64,000 nt of DNA from NCBI RefSeq assembly GCF_963977465.1, contig NZ_CAXBOQ010000003.1:255721-319720 (forward strand), given 5' to 3'. This stretch comes from an uncultured Brevundimonas sp. Its GTDB lineage: Bacteria > Pseudomonadota > Alphaproteobacteria > Caulobacterales > Caulobacteraceae. Below, in pieces: positions 1 through 8,426 of this stretch. Each line of letters starts with the position of its first letter. Within the stretch, counting starts at the first letter, position 1. Below the pieces are notes generated by a model. That model saw only the letters and a list, made by a program, of their open reading frames with translations. It had not been told where the DNA came from and ran no database searches. A program made the translations under genes and the position numbers.

Positions 1-396
1 GGCACCGGCGGCACCATCACCGGCGTCGGTCAGGCCTTGAAGGCCCGCAAGCCGTCGGTCCGGATGATCGCCGTGGAACCGTCCGCCTCTCCGGTCCTGT
101 CGGGGGGTGAGCCGGGCCCGCACAAAATCCAGGGCATTGGAGCCGGCTTCATCCCGACCATCGTCGACCGTTCGGTCATTGACGGGGTTGAGCAGGTCAC
201 GAACGAGGATGCGTTTGACATGGCTCGCAAGGTCGCGCGGGTCGAGGGCATTCCGGTCGGCATCAGTTCGGGCGCGGCGCTTGTCGCGGCCTTCCGACTG
301 GCCGCGTTGCCGGAGAATGCCGGCAAGACCGTCGTCGCCATCGTGCCCAGCTTTGCCGAACGCTACCTGTCCACGGCGCTGTTCGAGGGCCTGTAG
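1..396 (+). CDS. cysK: Cysteine synthase A, C-terminal part (5' end outside window)
   Basis: Frame 1 from base 1 reads [10 protein letters not shown]...[12 protein letters not shown]...GISSGAA...[10 protein letters not shown], the PLP-binding and C-terminal motifs of CysK. Confidence 0.95.
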   Translation, partial: GTGGTITGVGQALKARKPSVRMIAVEPSASPVLSGGEPGPHKIQGIGAGFIPTIVDRSVIDGVEQVTNEDAFDMARKVARVEGIPVGISSGAALVAAFRLAALPENAGKTVVAIVPSFAERYLSTALFEGL

Positions 397-443
397 CGGC
401 CGTCATTCGCGGTTAACCGAACCGCGTCTAGTCTCAGCCTGAT

Positions 444-1661
444 ATGTCCGATGCTGCGGCCCTTATTGAAGAAGGTGCATACCCCACGGGGTTGCGCGCT
501 CGCCATGCGCTGTTGAAGCGCCTGGCAGATGTCGTGTCGCTGCCGGGCAGCCGTATCAATGCCTTCGAGCGGTCCGTGACCGGTGACCTGCTGGTCGAGA
601 TGCTGCGGCTGGCCGCGCCGCTGGAACGCAAGCGGGTGGCGACGCGACTGGCCCCGCTGGCGGAGCTGCCCAATAGCCTGACGCGGATGCTGCTGCGCGA
701 CGAGCCCGAGATCGCCGGTCAGTTGATCGAGTTTTGCGGCTCGCTGACCGACGCCGACCTGGTGTCGTGCGCACGCGATGCCGGGCCCGAACATCGGCTT
801 ATGATCGCCCACCGGCGAAGCCTGTCCGAAGTCGTGACCGAGACCCTGCTGACCTTCGAGGAGGCGGCGCTCACCGAGGCGGTGCTGCGCAATACGGCGG
901 CCCGACTGAGTCAGACCGCGATCGAAAGTATCGTCAGCCAGAGCCGCCGGATTCCCGACTTCTGCGGCCTGCTGCTGAAGCGACCAGAACTGAGGCCGGC
1001 GGGAGCCTATGTGATGTTCTGGTGGTGCGGGTCCGAGGACCGGGGCACCATTCTGCAGCGTTTCGCCGTATCGCGTGAAGTCATGCAGGAGGTCTCCGAA
1101 GACGTCTTCGCCATGGCGGCGGCGGAGGGCTGGAACGACCCGGTGTCGCGCAAGGCTCTGCAGTTCATCGAGCGTCGGCAACGCAACCGCTCGGCCATCG
1201 ACAAGAGCCCCTTTGACAGTCTCGAGCACGCTGTCGCTGTGGCAGAGGCTGACGGGCTAAAGCCGGACACCGCTTCGGAAATCGCCTATCTGGCAGGGAT
1301 CAAACCGCTGACCGGGGCCAAGATCATCGGTGATGTCGGGGGCGAGCCGCTGGCCATCCTGTGCAAGGCAACCGGCATGGGGCGTACGGATCTTCAATCC
1401 CTGTGGCGCTCGATGCGGCGGCCTGAAGTGGGGGCGGACGGTGCTGTGGCTCCAGACTGGGACCGTGTTCAGACGACCTTCGAGATGCTGGCGGTCGATC
1501 GGGCCCAGACCGTGCTGCGTTACTGGAACTGGTCGTTGTCGTCGGCCCTGACACCGGCTTTGATGCGCGCGATCCGGGACGGCGAGGATGATGCCATCGA
1601 CGAATATTCAGCGCCTGAACGTGCTGCCATGATGGCCCTGGCTGAAAACTTCGGACGTTAG
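444..1661 (+). CDS. DUF2336 domain protein
   Basis: 405-aa helical ORF with the DUF2336-like pattern RKRVATRLAP...LLRDEPEIAGQLI...LTDADLV...HRLMIAHRRSLS. Confidence 0.75.
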   Translation: MSDAAALIEEGAYPTGLRARHALLKRLADVVSLPGSRINAFERSVTGDLLVEMLRLAAPLERKRVATRLAPLAELPNSLTRMLLRDEPEIAGQLIEFCGSLTDADLVSCARDAGPEHRLMIAHRRSLSEVVTETLLTFEEAALTEAVLRNTAARLSQTAIESIVSQSRRIPDFCGLLLKRPELRPAGAYVMFWWCGSEDRGTILQRFAVSREVMQEVSEDVFAMAAAEGWNDPVSRKALQFIERRQRNRSAIDKSPFDSLEHAVAVAEADGLKPDTASEIAYLAGIKPLTGAKIIGDVGGEPLAILCKATGMGRTDLQSLWRSMRRPEVGADGAVAPDWDRVQTTFEMLAVDRAQTVLRYWNWSLSSALTPALMRAIRDGEDDAIDEYSAPERAAMMALAENFGR

Positions 1662-1820
1662 GTAACGGTCAGGCCCGATATCCGGGGTTGTGGGGTCGTG
1701 CACTTCTACGTACGTATACAGGCTGGATTGCCATTATTGACGAACATCATTATTGAACCCGTGGGCGACGGGTCGATGTTGATCAGTCAAGAACATAATC
1801 AAACGGGCGAGGCTGAGCTT

Positions 1821-2252
1821 ATGGAAGAAAATTCCCAACTGTTGGAAATGACCGCAGACATTGTGTCGGCCTATGTCGGCAACAACAACGTCCAGGCTAC
1901 CGAGCTGCCGTCATTGATCGCGAACATCCACGCAGCCCTGACCCAGGTCTCCGGCGGTGCACCCGAGCCCGAGCCCGAAGTCAAGGAGCCGGCTGTGCCT
2001 ATTCGCAAGTCGATTACGCCCGACTTCCTGATCTGTCTCGAGGATGGTCGTAAATTCAAGTCGCTGAAGCGGCACCTGCGCACCAAATACAATATCAGCC
2101 CGGAAGAGTACCGGGCCAAATGGGGTCTTGCGAAAGACTACCCCATGGTTGCGCCCAACTATGCCAAGGCGCGCTCGGACCTGGCCAAGCAGATGGGCCT
2201 GGGTCAGGGCGGCCGCAAGCCGGCCCGGACACCGGCGCGCGCCAAGAAATAG
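1821..2252 (+). CDS. mucR: Ros/MucR family transcriptional regulator
   Basis: MTADIVSAYVGNN, PAVPIRKSITPDFLICLEDGRKFKSLKRHL, YRAKWGLAKDYPMVAPNY; start moved from 1698 to ATG 1821. Confidence 0.95.
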   Translation: MEENSQLLEMTADIVSAYVGNNNVQATELPSLIANIHAALTQVSGGAPEPEPEVKEPAVPIRKSITPDFLICLEDGRKFKSLKRHLRTKYNISPEEYRAKWGLAKDYPMVAPNYAKARSDLAKQMGLGQGGRKPARTPARAKK

Positions 2253-2271
2253 GCGACGGCCCGCGAAGATT

Positions 2272-2308
2272 GAAAACGCCCGTCTCCGCAAGGAGGCGGG
2301 CGTTTTTC
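2272..2308. terminator. Bidirectional intrinsic terminator
   Basis: GAAAACGCCCGTCTCC-GCAA-GGAGGCGGGCGTTTTTC between convergent mucR and DUF2336 genes. Confidence 0.85.
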
Positions 2309-2324
2309 ATTGCAGGAGTGAGAG

Positions 2325-3419
2325 TCAGGCGGCCTGGGCGGTGCGACGCATGCGCCAGAAGCGAAGGGTGCGCTGGGTGGCCTCAGTTGTCAGTTCCGCA
2401 TACATCCGCGCATAGGCATGAGCCTTGCCCATGGCATCGCCATCGTCATTCAGCAGAACAACGGCGTAGGTCAGAAACAGGGCCCGGTCGAGGTCGGCCG
2501 AACGGCAGACAACAGCCAGGGCGTCCAGGTCGCGACGTTCCACGATCTGGTTGGCTGTGTGGAAGTCGATGTCGGCGAGTTGCGACAGCGCGATCAGGAA
2601 GGACGTCTGGCCACCCGAGCGGAGGAAGCGGGCCAGCACCTGCGGGGTCAACTGTCCGGCGGCCTTGAGTTCCTCGACGTAGGCGAGGCTTTCATTGTAG
2701 TCGGCAGGCAGAGCGCCGTCGCCGGTGGCGACGCGGACCCGGCCGGCGGCCAGGGCTGTTTCCAGCAGTGCAGGATCCATCTGTGCATTCTGTTCGAGGA
2801 TCTGCTGACGCAGCCGCGCCTCGACCACGAAATACATGTCGTTGAGCAGGTCTGCGGGCAGGGCGCTGCGTTCGACCGCGTCCTGGTGCAGGGTCGGGTT
2901 GACCTTGGCCCGTTCGACGGCCGCTTCGGAGGCCGCGCGTGACAACTGGGCTCCGTCGTTGCGCAACAGGGTGCCCAGGGTCACGTCGTCTCCCCGCTCG
3001 ACGATGACGTCGGAAACGGCCTCGGACACGGTCGGCCGGATCGACACGGCACGGAGGTGTTCCTGCCCGTGCGTGCGGACCACGGAAAGCAGATCCTCGT
3101 CGGTGAGAACGGGTGAGGCGCGGAGCACCGCCCCGGCCACCGAGGCCTCGTCATTGGCCAGCCGTCGGATCAGGCTGACGGGCGCGTCGGCCACGTCGGC
3201 AAAGCGGGCGGCCAGCTCGGCGCGGACCGCGGTCTCCATGTCGACGGTCAGGCTGACGAGCACGGCGTCGTAAAGGCTGTCTTCGGCGGCCGTACGCGTC
3301 GGATTGCCGAAGAAACTCTCCGTCAGTTCGCGCAGCAGCTTGCGACGGTTCTCGCTCGAGCCCTCGGCGGCCATGGCGATCAGGTCGGGTAGGCGGGAGG
3401 CAGGCGCGGCGTCGCTCAT
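2325..3419 (-). CDS. DUF2336 domain protein (second paralogue)
   Basis: 364 aa; VRAELAARFA...LIRRLANDEASVAGAVLRASPVLTDEDLLSVV...HLRAVSIRPTVS. Confidence 0.8.
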   Translation of the reverse strand: MSDAAPASRLPDLIAMAAEGSSENRRKLLRELTESFFGNPTRTAAEDSLYDAVLVSLTVDMETAVRAELAARFADVADAPVSLIRRLANDEASVAGAVLRASPVLTDEDLLSVVRTHGQEHLRAVSIRPTVSEAVSDVIVERGDDVTLGTLLRNDGAQLSRAASEAAVERAKVNPTLHQDAVERSALPADLLNDMYFVVEARLRQQILEQNAQMDPALLETALAAGRVRVATGDGALPADYNESLAYVEELKAAGQLTPQVLARFLRSGGQTSFLIALSQLADIDFHTANQIVERRDLDALAVVCRSADLDRALFLTYAVVLLNDDGDAMGKAHAYARMYAELTTEATQRTLRFWRMRRTAQAA

Positions 3420-4240
3420 AGCTGATCCGGAGTGGAGGTGTCGGGCATGGCCTGAAGCCGTCCCTGGGCATTGCGGATCAGGGTCGGGGGCTCAGGCGGT
3501 GCGGCGAGGTCCTGGGAGGCCAGGGAGGTGGGCAGATCGACAGCGATGGCGTCGACATAGGTTGCGGCCGGCAGCGGCGTCGGGTCCGGCTGGCGATTGT
3601 TCTGGCGATGCACCGAATAATAGCGTGCGCCCTGCTCTGCGGGGCCGTTGGTCGAGGCCGCCACCGGGGTGCGCGTCGGCGCGACGGTCGGTGCCTGGAG
3701 GCGGGGCTGCGGTGCCGCGGCGGGGGTTGGGTCGGGTGTACCCTGCATGTGGAATATCAGGGCGTCGCGCCGCGGAGCCATTGGATCGGGAGCGGTCAGA
3801 GGGACCGGGCCGGTCGCGACGGGCGTGGCCGGCGGCGGGGCCATGGCCGGCGGCGGAGCCGACGGGGCCGGAGGTGTCGGCACCAGAGCCGCAGGGGTCA
3901 TCCAGGCATTGGCCGGGGTCAGGCCCCCGGAGGGGGCGGACATCGTGCCGGTCGCCGCCTGGGCGGGCGGGGTGCCGTGCGGGATAATCGCGGGCGTCGG
4001 ACGGCGGGTGGGGGCCGGAACGGGGGCGTTTGTGGCGATGCGGCGCACCGGGGTGGTCGCGGGGCGTTCCGGGGTCGTCCGCGCGGGCGTGGTACGGCCG
4101 GGCCAGGTCAGATAGCGCAGACCCAGACTCTGGCCGTCGTTGCTCGCCCGCGCCGGCGGTTGCTGGGCTGCGGCCGGAGTCGCGGCGACGAGGGCTGCGA
4201 CAGCAAAAAGGGTAATCGACAGGGCACGACGCACAGGCAC
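3416..4240 (-). CDS. Pro/Ala/Thr-rich exported hypothetical protein
   Basis: Signal-peptide-like N-terminus (LFAVAALVAATPAAA); low-complexity body with islands LRYLTWPG and YYSVHRQ; 4-nt overlap with the DUF2336 start. Confidence 0.65.
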   Translation of the reverse strand: MPVRRALSITLFAVAALVAATPAAAQQPPARASNDGQSLGLRYLTWPGRTTPARTTPERPATTPVRRIATNAPVPAPTRRPTPAIIPHGTPPAQAATGTMSAPSGGLTPANAWMTPAALVPTPPAPSAPPPAMAPPPATPVATGPVPLTAPDPMAPRRDALIFHMQGTPDPTPAAAPQPRLQAPTVAPTRTPVAASTNGPAEQGARYYSVHRQNNRQPDPTPLPAATYVDAIAVDLPTSLASQDLAAPPEPPTLIRNAQGRLQAMPDTSTPDQL

Positions 4241-4285
4241 GACTCCCGCTGCAAGGACTGGAGTCGCACGGTAGTCGGGGCGAGC

Positions 4286-4301
4286 TTAACCTGCCGCTAA
4301 C
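4286..4301. promoter_or_regulatory. Putative CtrA box
   Basis: TTAA-CCTGCCG-CTAAC, one mismatch to TTAA-N7-TTAAC, 45 nt upstream of the 3416..4240 gene. Confidence 0.5.
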
Positions 4302-4334
4302 AACCAGGGTTGAATCCGCGAGTCCGGCAGGATG

Positions 4335-5366
4335 TCAGCCGCGACCTGGCAGATACTGGGTGGTGAAGGCCTCGCGCCAGTTCAGGGGGGCCGGATAGAC
4401 GCCGGCTTCGGACATGATCTCGAAGAAGGCCCGCCAGCGGTCCTCGGTCATGGTGCCGAGGCCGTAAAGGGCGGCGTCGCCTCCGTCGACGATGCCGTTC
4501 TCTTTCAGCGCCTGCCGGGCATGATCGAGCTCGGCCTGGGACATCTGCGGATTGTCGCGGCGGATCAGGAGGTCGGCGGCCCGGGCGTCACCGTGGATAT
4601 AGTCGCGCCAGCCCTCGGCCGAGGCGGCGATGAAGCTGCGCAGGGCGGTGGCATTGTCACGGGCGAAGGCGTTCGGGGCCAGCACCAGGGCGGCGTAGGA
4701 CGGATAGTCCTGATCGGCCAGCAGGAAGGAATGGGGCGTGAACCGGGCCGTCTGTTCAATCGCGTAGGCGTCGGCCCCGAGATAGCCCTGTTGCACGGCG
4801 CTCGGGTCGGCGATGAAGGCGGCCGGGTCGACATCATACGGGCGCAACTGGTCGTCGCTGAAATCGTAACGGGCCTTGAGCCAGATCCAGAAGGTCGCGG
4901 CCGCGGCGTCGGTCAGCAGGAAGGGCCGCCCCTTGAGGTCGGCAATCGACTTCAGCGCGGGATCCGGATGGGCGAGCAGCACCCGGGGATCCTTCTGGAA
5001 GAAGGCGGCGACCGCCTTTACCGGGGCACCCTCGGCCACGAGATTCAGTGGCATGAAGCTGTCGGAGCCCATGCCCAGTTCGACCGTGCCGGACGCCAGC
5101 AGCTGAGGCACGTCGATGTCGGGTTTACCCTGAATGATCTGGACGTTGAGCCCCCGTCTGGCATAGGCCCCGCCGGCGAGGGCCTGGTAGAAGCCGCCGT
5201 GTCCGGCGCGGGCATGCCAGTCTGTGGCGAAGCGCAGGCGCACGCGCCCTTCCTCGTCGACCGGGGCTTCTGCACGTCCGCAGGCCGCCAGTGTCGTGGC
5301 CGCAAGGGCCCCCGCGAGGAGGCTGCGACGGCTGGCGAAAGAGGGGCGATTCTGGTCCCGCGACAT
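4335..5366 (-). CDS. ABC transporter substrate-binding protein, NMT1/THI5 (SsuA-like) family, Tat/lipoprotein signal
   Basis: SRRSLLAGALAATTLAAC signal; RLRFATDWHARAGHGGFYQA and FFQKDP motifs; start moved to ATG 5366. Confidence 0.85.
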   Translation of the reverse strand: MSRDQNRPSFASRRSLLAGALAATTLAACGRAEAPVDEEGRVRLRFATDWHARAGHGGFYQALAGGAYARRGLNVQIIQGKPDIDVPQLLASGTVELGMGSDSFMPLNLVAEGAPVKAVAAFFQKDPRVLLAHPDPALKSIADLKGRPFLLTDAAAATFWIWLKARYDFSDDQLRPYDVDPAAFIADPSAVQQGYLGADAYAIEQTARFTPHSFLLADQDYPSYAALVLAPNAFARDNATALRSFIAASAEGWRDYIHGDARAADLLIRRDNPQMSQAELDHARQALKENGIVDGGDAALYGLGTMTEDRWRAFFEIMSEAGVYPAPLNWREAFTTQYLPGRG

Positions 5367-5373
5367 GGGCGGG

Positions 5374-5402
5374 AGCCTAGGGCGACGGTGCGGCCTTGGA
5401 AA
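5374..5402 (-). promoter_or_regulatory. Putative sigma70 promoter giving a leaderless transcript
   Basis: Minus strand TTTCCA-N17-TAGGCT, then 7 nt, then ATG. Confidence 0.4.
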
Positions 5403-5421
5403 GGCGGACCGGCAGCAATTC

Positions 5422-5826
5422 GGATGCCGGAATTGAGCGAGGGGACGCACGCCCGGTCGAACCGTTGCTTACGTCCCCTCGCCAAGTCCGGGTTGGGACT
5501 TGGCCATTGAGGTTCAGGGCCTTTGCGTCAGCACCAGCGGGCGAACCCGGCGATGGTCAGCGGTTTCCTGGCGACTCCTGGTCTTTGGCGTTCCGTCGGG
5601 TTTGACCCCGTCGTCGTCCATCGATCCCGGTCTGGTTCTCCGTCGCCCCGCACCGAAGCGCTAAAGACGGGGAGCCTGGACCCTGCCCGGTCTTTCCATG
5701 TCCCCCGAAGAGGTCAGGAACCCTTGGTCAGAGAGCCGGACCGGTTCGCTTGAGCCCCGGGTCTCCCCGGTTTTCCGCGCCGCCGTGTCCCTCGGCCTGA
5801 TCAAGCTCGCTCCAATCCGCCGATCC
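5422..5826 (-). ncRNA. Candidate large structured ncRNA, class unknown
   Basis: No credible ORF; 5' and 3' ends pair; nested 6-7 bp helices; three UUCG and two GNRA-type tetraloops, with G-U pairs, that work only on the minus strand. Confidence 0.65.
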
Positions 5827-5981
5827 CGCAAGCGCCCACGGGCATCCAATTGTGGATGTTTTGGTGGACGAATTTACCAATCTCGCGAACCAATCCGTGG
5901 ATGATTGGAAAACTTTCACAAGAGACCAAGGGTTTGGACGATCGTGCACAAGCAGATTCCTGGCGGTCGAAATTCGTCCGG

Positions 5982-7817
5982 TCAGGCGCTTTGCAGGGCC
6001 TCGCGCCGGGCCTCAAGCGCGAGCCATTCCTCCTCGGCGGTGACCAGCATGGTGCGGGCGCGGTCGGCGTTGGTGGTGGCGCGGTCAAAGGCCTTGCGGT
6101 CGCGGGCGTAGAGGTCGGGGTCGGCCAGGGTGGCCTCGTGGCGGGCGATGTCGGCGGGCAGGGAGGCGAGCAGGCCTTCGAGCTCCTTGAGCCGGTGGGT
6201 GTCCTTGAACGACATCTTGGCGGGCTTCTTCGATGGGGCGGGGGCCATGATCGTCGCCGGAGCGGGGCTGGCCGCGGCGCGACGCTGGGCCTCGGCGTCC
6301 TGGGGGCGCTGGTGGGTGCCGGGCTTGAGGAAGCCGGGGTTCTGACGGATGAAATCAGTCCAGCCGCCGGGCGTTTCGACGATGTCGCCGCGGCCGTTCA
6401 TGGCGATGGTCGAGGTGGCGAGACGGTCGACGAAATCACGATCGTGGCTGACCAGGATCAGGGTGCCGTCATAGGTTTCGAGCAGCTCTTCCAGCTTGTC
6501 GAGCGTGTCCATGTCGAGGTCGTTGGTCGGTTCGTCGAGGACCAGCATATTGGCCGGCTTGGCCAACGCCCTTGCCAGAAGAAGGCGGTTGCGCTCGCCG
6601 CCGGACAGGGTCGAGATCGGCTGGCGGAGCTGGCCTTCCTGAAACAGGAAGTCCTTGGCGTAGGCCGCGACGTGCTTGGACACGCCGCGCACGAGGATGG
6701 AGTCGCCGCCGCCCGGGGTCAGGGCGTCCCAAAGCGTCATGTCGCTGCGCAGCCCCTCACGCGACTGGTCGAGATAGACCGGGTCGAGATTGGCTCCCAG
6801 CTTGACGGTGCCGTCGTCGGGGGCGAGTTCGCCAAGCAGGATCTTGACCAGGGTGGTCTTGCCCGCGCCGTTGGGGCCGACGATGGCGAGCCGGTCGCCG
6901 CGGACAATGCGGGTGGTGAAGGGCTTGATGACGGTGCGCGGGCCAAAGGCCTTGGACACGCCCTTGAGGTCGGCAACCAGCTTGCCGGAGGTCGCGCCGG
7001 AATCGACGCCGAGATAGAGCTCGCGAGGGACATCCTTGAGCCGCTCGCTCCGGTCTGCCCGCAGGGCGTCGAGCGAGCGGGCGCGGCCTTCGTTGCGGGT
7101 GCGGCGGGCGGTGATGGAGCGGTAGAAGGTCTCAGTCTCACGCTCGATGGTTTTGGTCAGCCGTTGCAGGGACTGGGCCTCTTCCTCGGTGACCTTGGTC
7201 GACCATTCGTCGAAGGCGTCGAAACTCTTGTTCAGGCTGCGAACGCGACGGCCCTCCAGCCAGTGACAGGTCTGGGTCACGCGGTTGAGGAAGGCCCGGT
7301 CGTGGCTGACCACCAGTACGGCGCAGCGGGCCGAGATGAGTTCTTCCTCGAGGAGCTCGATGGCGAGGATGTCGAGGTGATTGGTCGGCTCGTCGAGGAG
7401 CATCAGGTCCGGCTCTTCGGCGAAAGCCTTGGCCAGGGCGGCGCGGCGGATCTCACCGCCCGACAGGTTGACCGCCGGCTTTTCCGGATCAAGGCCGAAG
7501 GTGTGGAGCCAGGCCTCGGCGGTCCAGGACTCGGCGTCTCCGGAGACGGCGTAGTCCGCCAACGTCTCGCCGGTGATGACGGGTTCCTGGGGCACATAGG
7601 CGAAGCGGACGCCGGACTGGACGGCCCGTTCGCCCGAGTCGGGCTCGACCTGACCCATGATGATCTTCATCAGGGTGGACTTGCCGGCACCGTTGCGGCC
7701 GACGAGACAGGCGCGGGTGCGCGGCTCGATGGCGAGATCGACGCCATCGAACAGGGGACGTTGACCGTCCTGGAGACGGACGCCTTTGAGGGCGATGAGG
7801 GGGGGACGGGCTGCCAT
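5982..7817 (-). CDS. uup: ABC-F family ATPase Uup
   Basis: Two ABC cassettes (GRNGAGKST/LSGGE/LLDEPTNHLD and GPNGAGKTT/LSGGE/VLDEPTNDLD), no TM segments, C-terminal coiled coil; start moved to ATG 7817. Confidence 0.9.
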   Translation of the reverse strand: MAARPPLIALKGVRLQDGQRPLFDGVDLAIEPRTRACLVGRNGAGKSTLMKIIMGQVEPDSGERAVQSGVRFAYVPQEPVITGETLADYAVSGDAESWTAEAWLHTFGLDPEKPAVNLSGGEIRRAALAKAFAEEPDLMLLDEPTNHLDILAIELLEEELISARCAVLVVSHDRAFLNRVTQTCHWLEGRRVRSLNKSFDAFDEWSTKVTEEEAQSLQRLTKTIERETETFYRSITARRTRNEGRARSLDALRADRSERLKDVPRELYLGVDSGATSGKLVADLKGVSKAFGPRTVIKPFTTRIVRGDRLAIVGPNGAGKTTLVKILLGELAPDDGTVKLGANLDPVYLDQSREGLRSDMTLWDALTPGGGDSILVRGVSKHVAAYAKDFLFQEGQLRQPISTLSGGERNRLLLARALAKPANMLVLDEPTNDLDMDTLDKLEELLETYDGTLILVSHDRDFVDRLATSTIAMNGRGDIVETPGGWTDFIRQNPGFLKPGTHQRPQDAEAQRRAAASPAPATIMAPAPSKKPAKMSFKDTHRLKELEGLLASLPADIARHEATLADPDLYARDRKAFDRATTNADRARTMLVTAEEEWLALEARREALQSA

Positions 7818-7878
7818 GGGACGCGGCATATAGACTGCGAATGTGCCCGATGCGAGACACAGCGGACCGATCGGCGTA

Positions 7879-8349
7879 ATGAGCCGCCCGATGACCGAGC
7901 CGTTCTGGGAAACCAAGACCCTGTCCGAGATGTCCCGCGACGAGTGGGAGAGCCTGTGTGACGGGTGCGGTCTGTGCTGCCTGATCCGGTTCGAGGACGA
8001 GGACACGGGGGCGGTCACCCCGACGCGGGTGCATTGCAAGTTGTTCGATACGCACGCCTGCACCTGTATCGACTACGCCAATCGGCGCGAGCAGGTGCCC
8101 GATTGCATCAAGCTGACGCCGTGGAATATCGAGGCCCTGAAGTGGATGCCGCTGTCGTGCGGGTATCGCCGGGTGCACGAGGGGCGTGGGCTGGCGGCCT
8201 GGCACCCGCTGGTCTCGGGGGATCCCGAGAGCGTCCATGCGGCGGGGGTATCGATTCGCGGGCAGACGGTGTCGGAACTGTCGCTGGCCGAGCCCGAAGA
8301 CGCCCTGGCCTTCGAGGCCCCGGAGTGGATTCCCGAACGGGGTCGGTGA
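7879..8349 (+). CDS. ycgN: YcgN (UPF0260) cysteine-cluster protein
   Basis: EWESLCDGCGLCC...C..Y.NR...VPDCIKLT...WMPLSCGYR...WHPLVSG; start 7879 or 7891. Confidence 0.9.
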   Translation: MSRPMTEPFWETKTLSEMSRDEWESLCDGCGLCCLIRFEDEDTGAVTPTRVHCKLFDTHACTCIDYANRREQVPDCIKLTPWNIEALKWMPLSCGYRRVHEGRGLAAWHPLVSGDPESVHAAGVSIRGQTVSELSLAEPEDALAFEAPEWIPERGR

Positions 8350-8426
8350 ACTGCGTGCGTCGGCGGTAACGAAGCCTTTCCGTGTCCCTGATAACCGTGG
8401 AGGTTCCATCGACCCGGAGACCGTGA

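Noticed and set aside
5440-5552. TPP-riboswitch-like layout (GCUGAC...GGCCC-UGAACCU...GAGGGGA) upstream of an NMT1/THI5-like gene
   Set aside because: The invariant UGAGA and GAU elements are missing, the same bases form a better CGGG-UUCG-CCCG hairpin, and the gene appears to have its own promoter downstream
5422-5826. RNase P RNA, tmRNA or group II intron identity for the structured element
   Set aside because: No GAGGAAAGUCC or CGGCUUA motifs, no ANDN...AA tag frame or CCA acceptor end, and no domain V
5850-7961. 703-aa plus-strand ORF
   Set aside because: Antisense shadow of uup in high-GC DNA, with no recognisable motifs
8372-8395. AAGCCTTTCCG.GT.CC.GA similarity to the reverse complement of ~56545-56571
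   Set aside because: Short, imperfect, only two copies; may be chance
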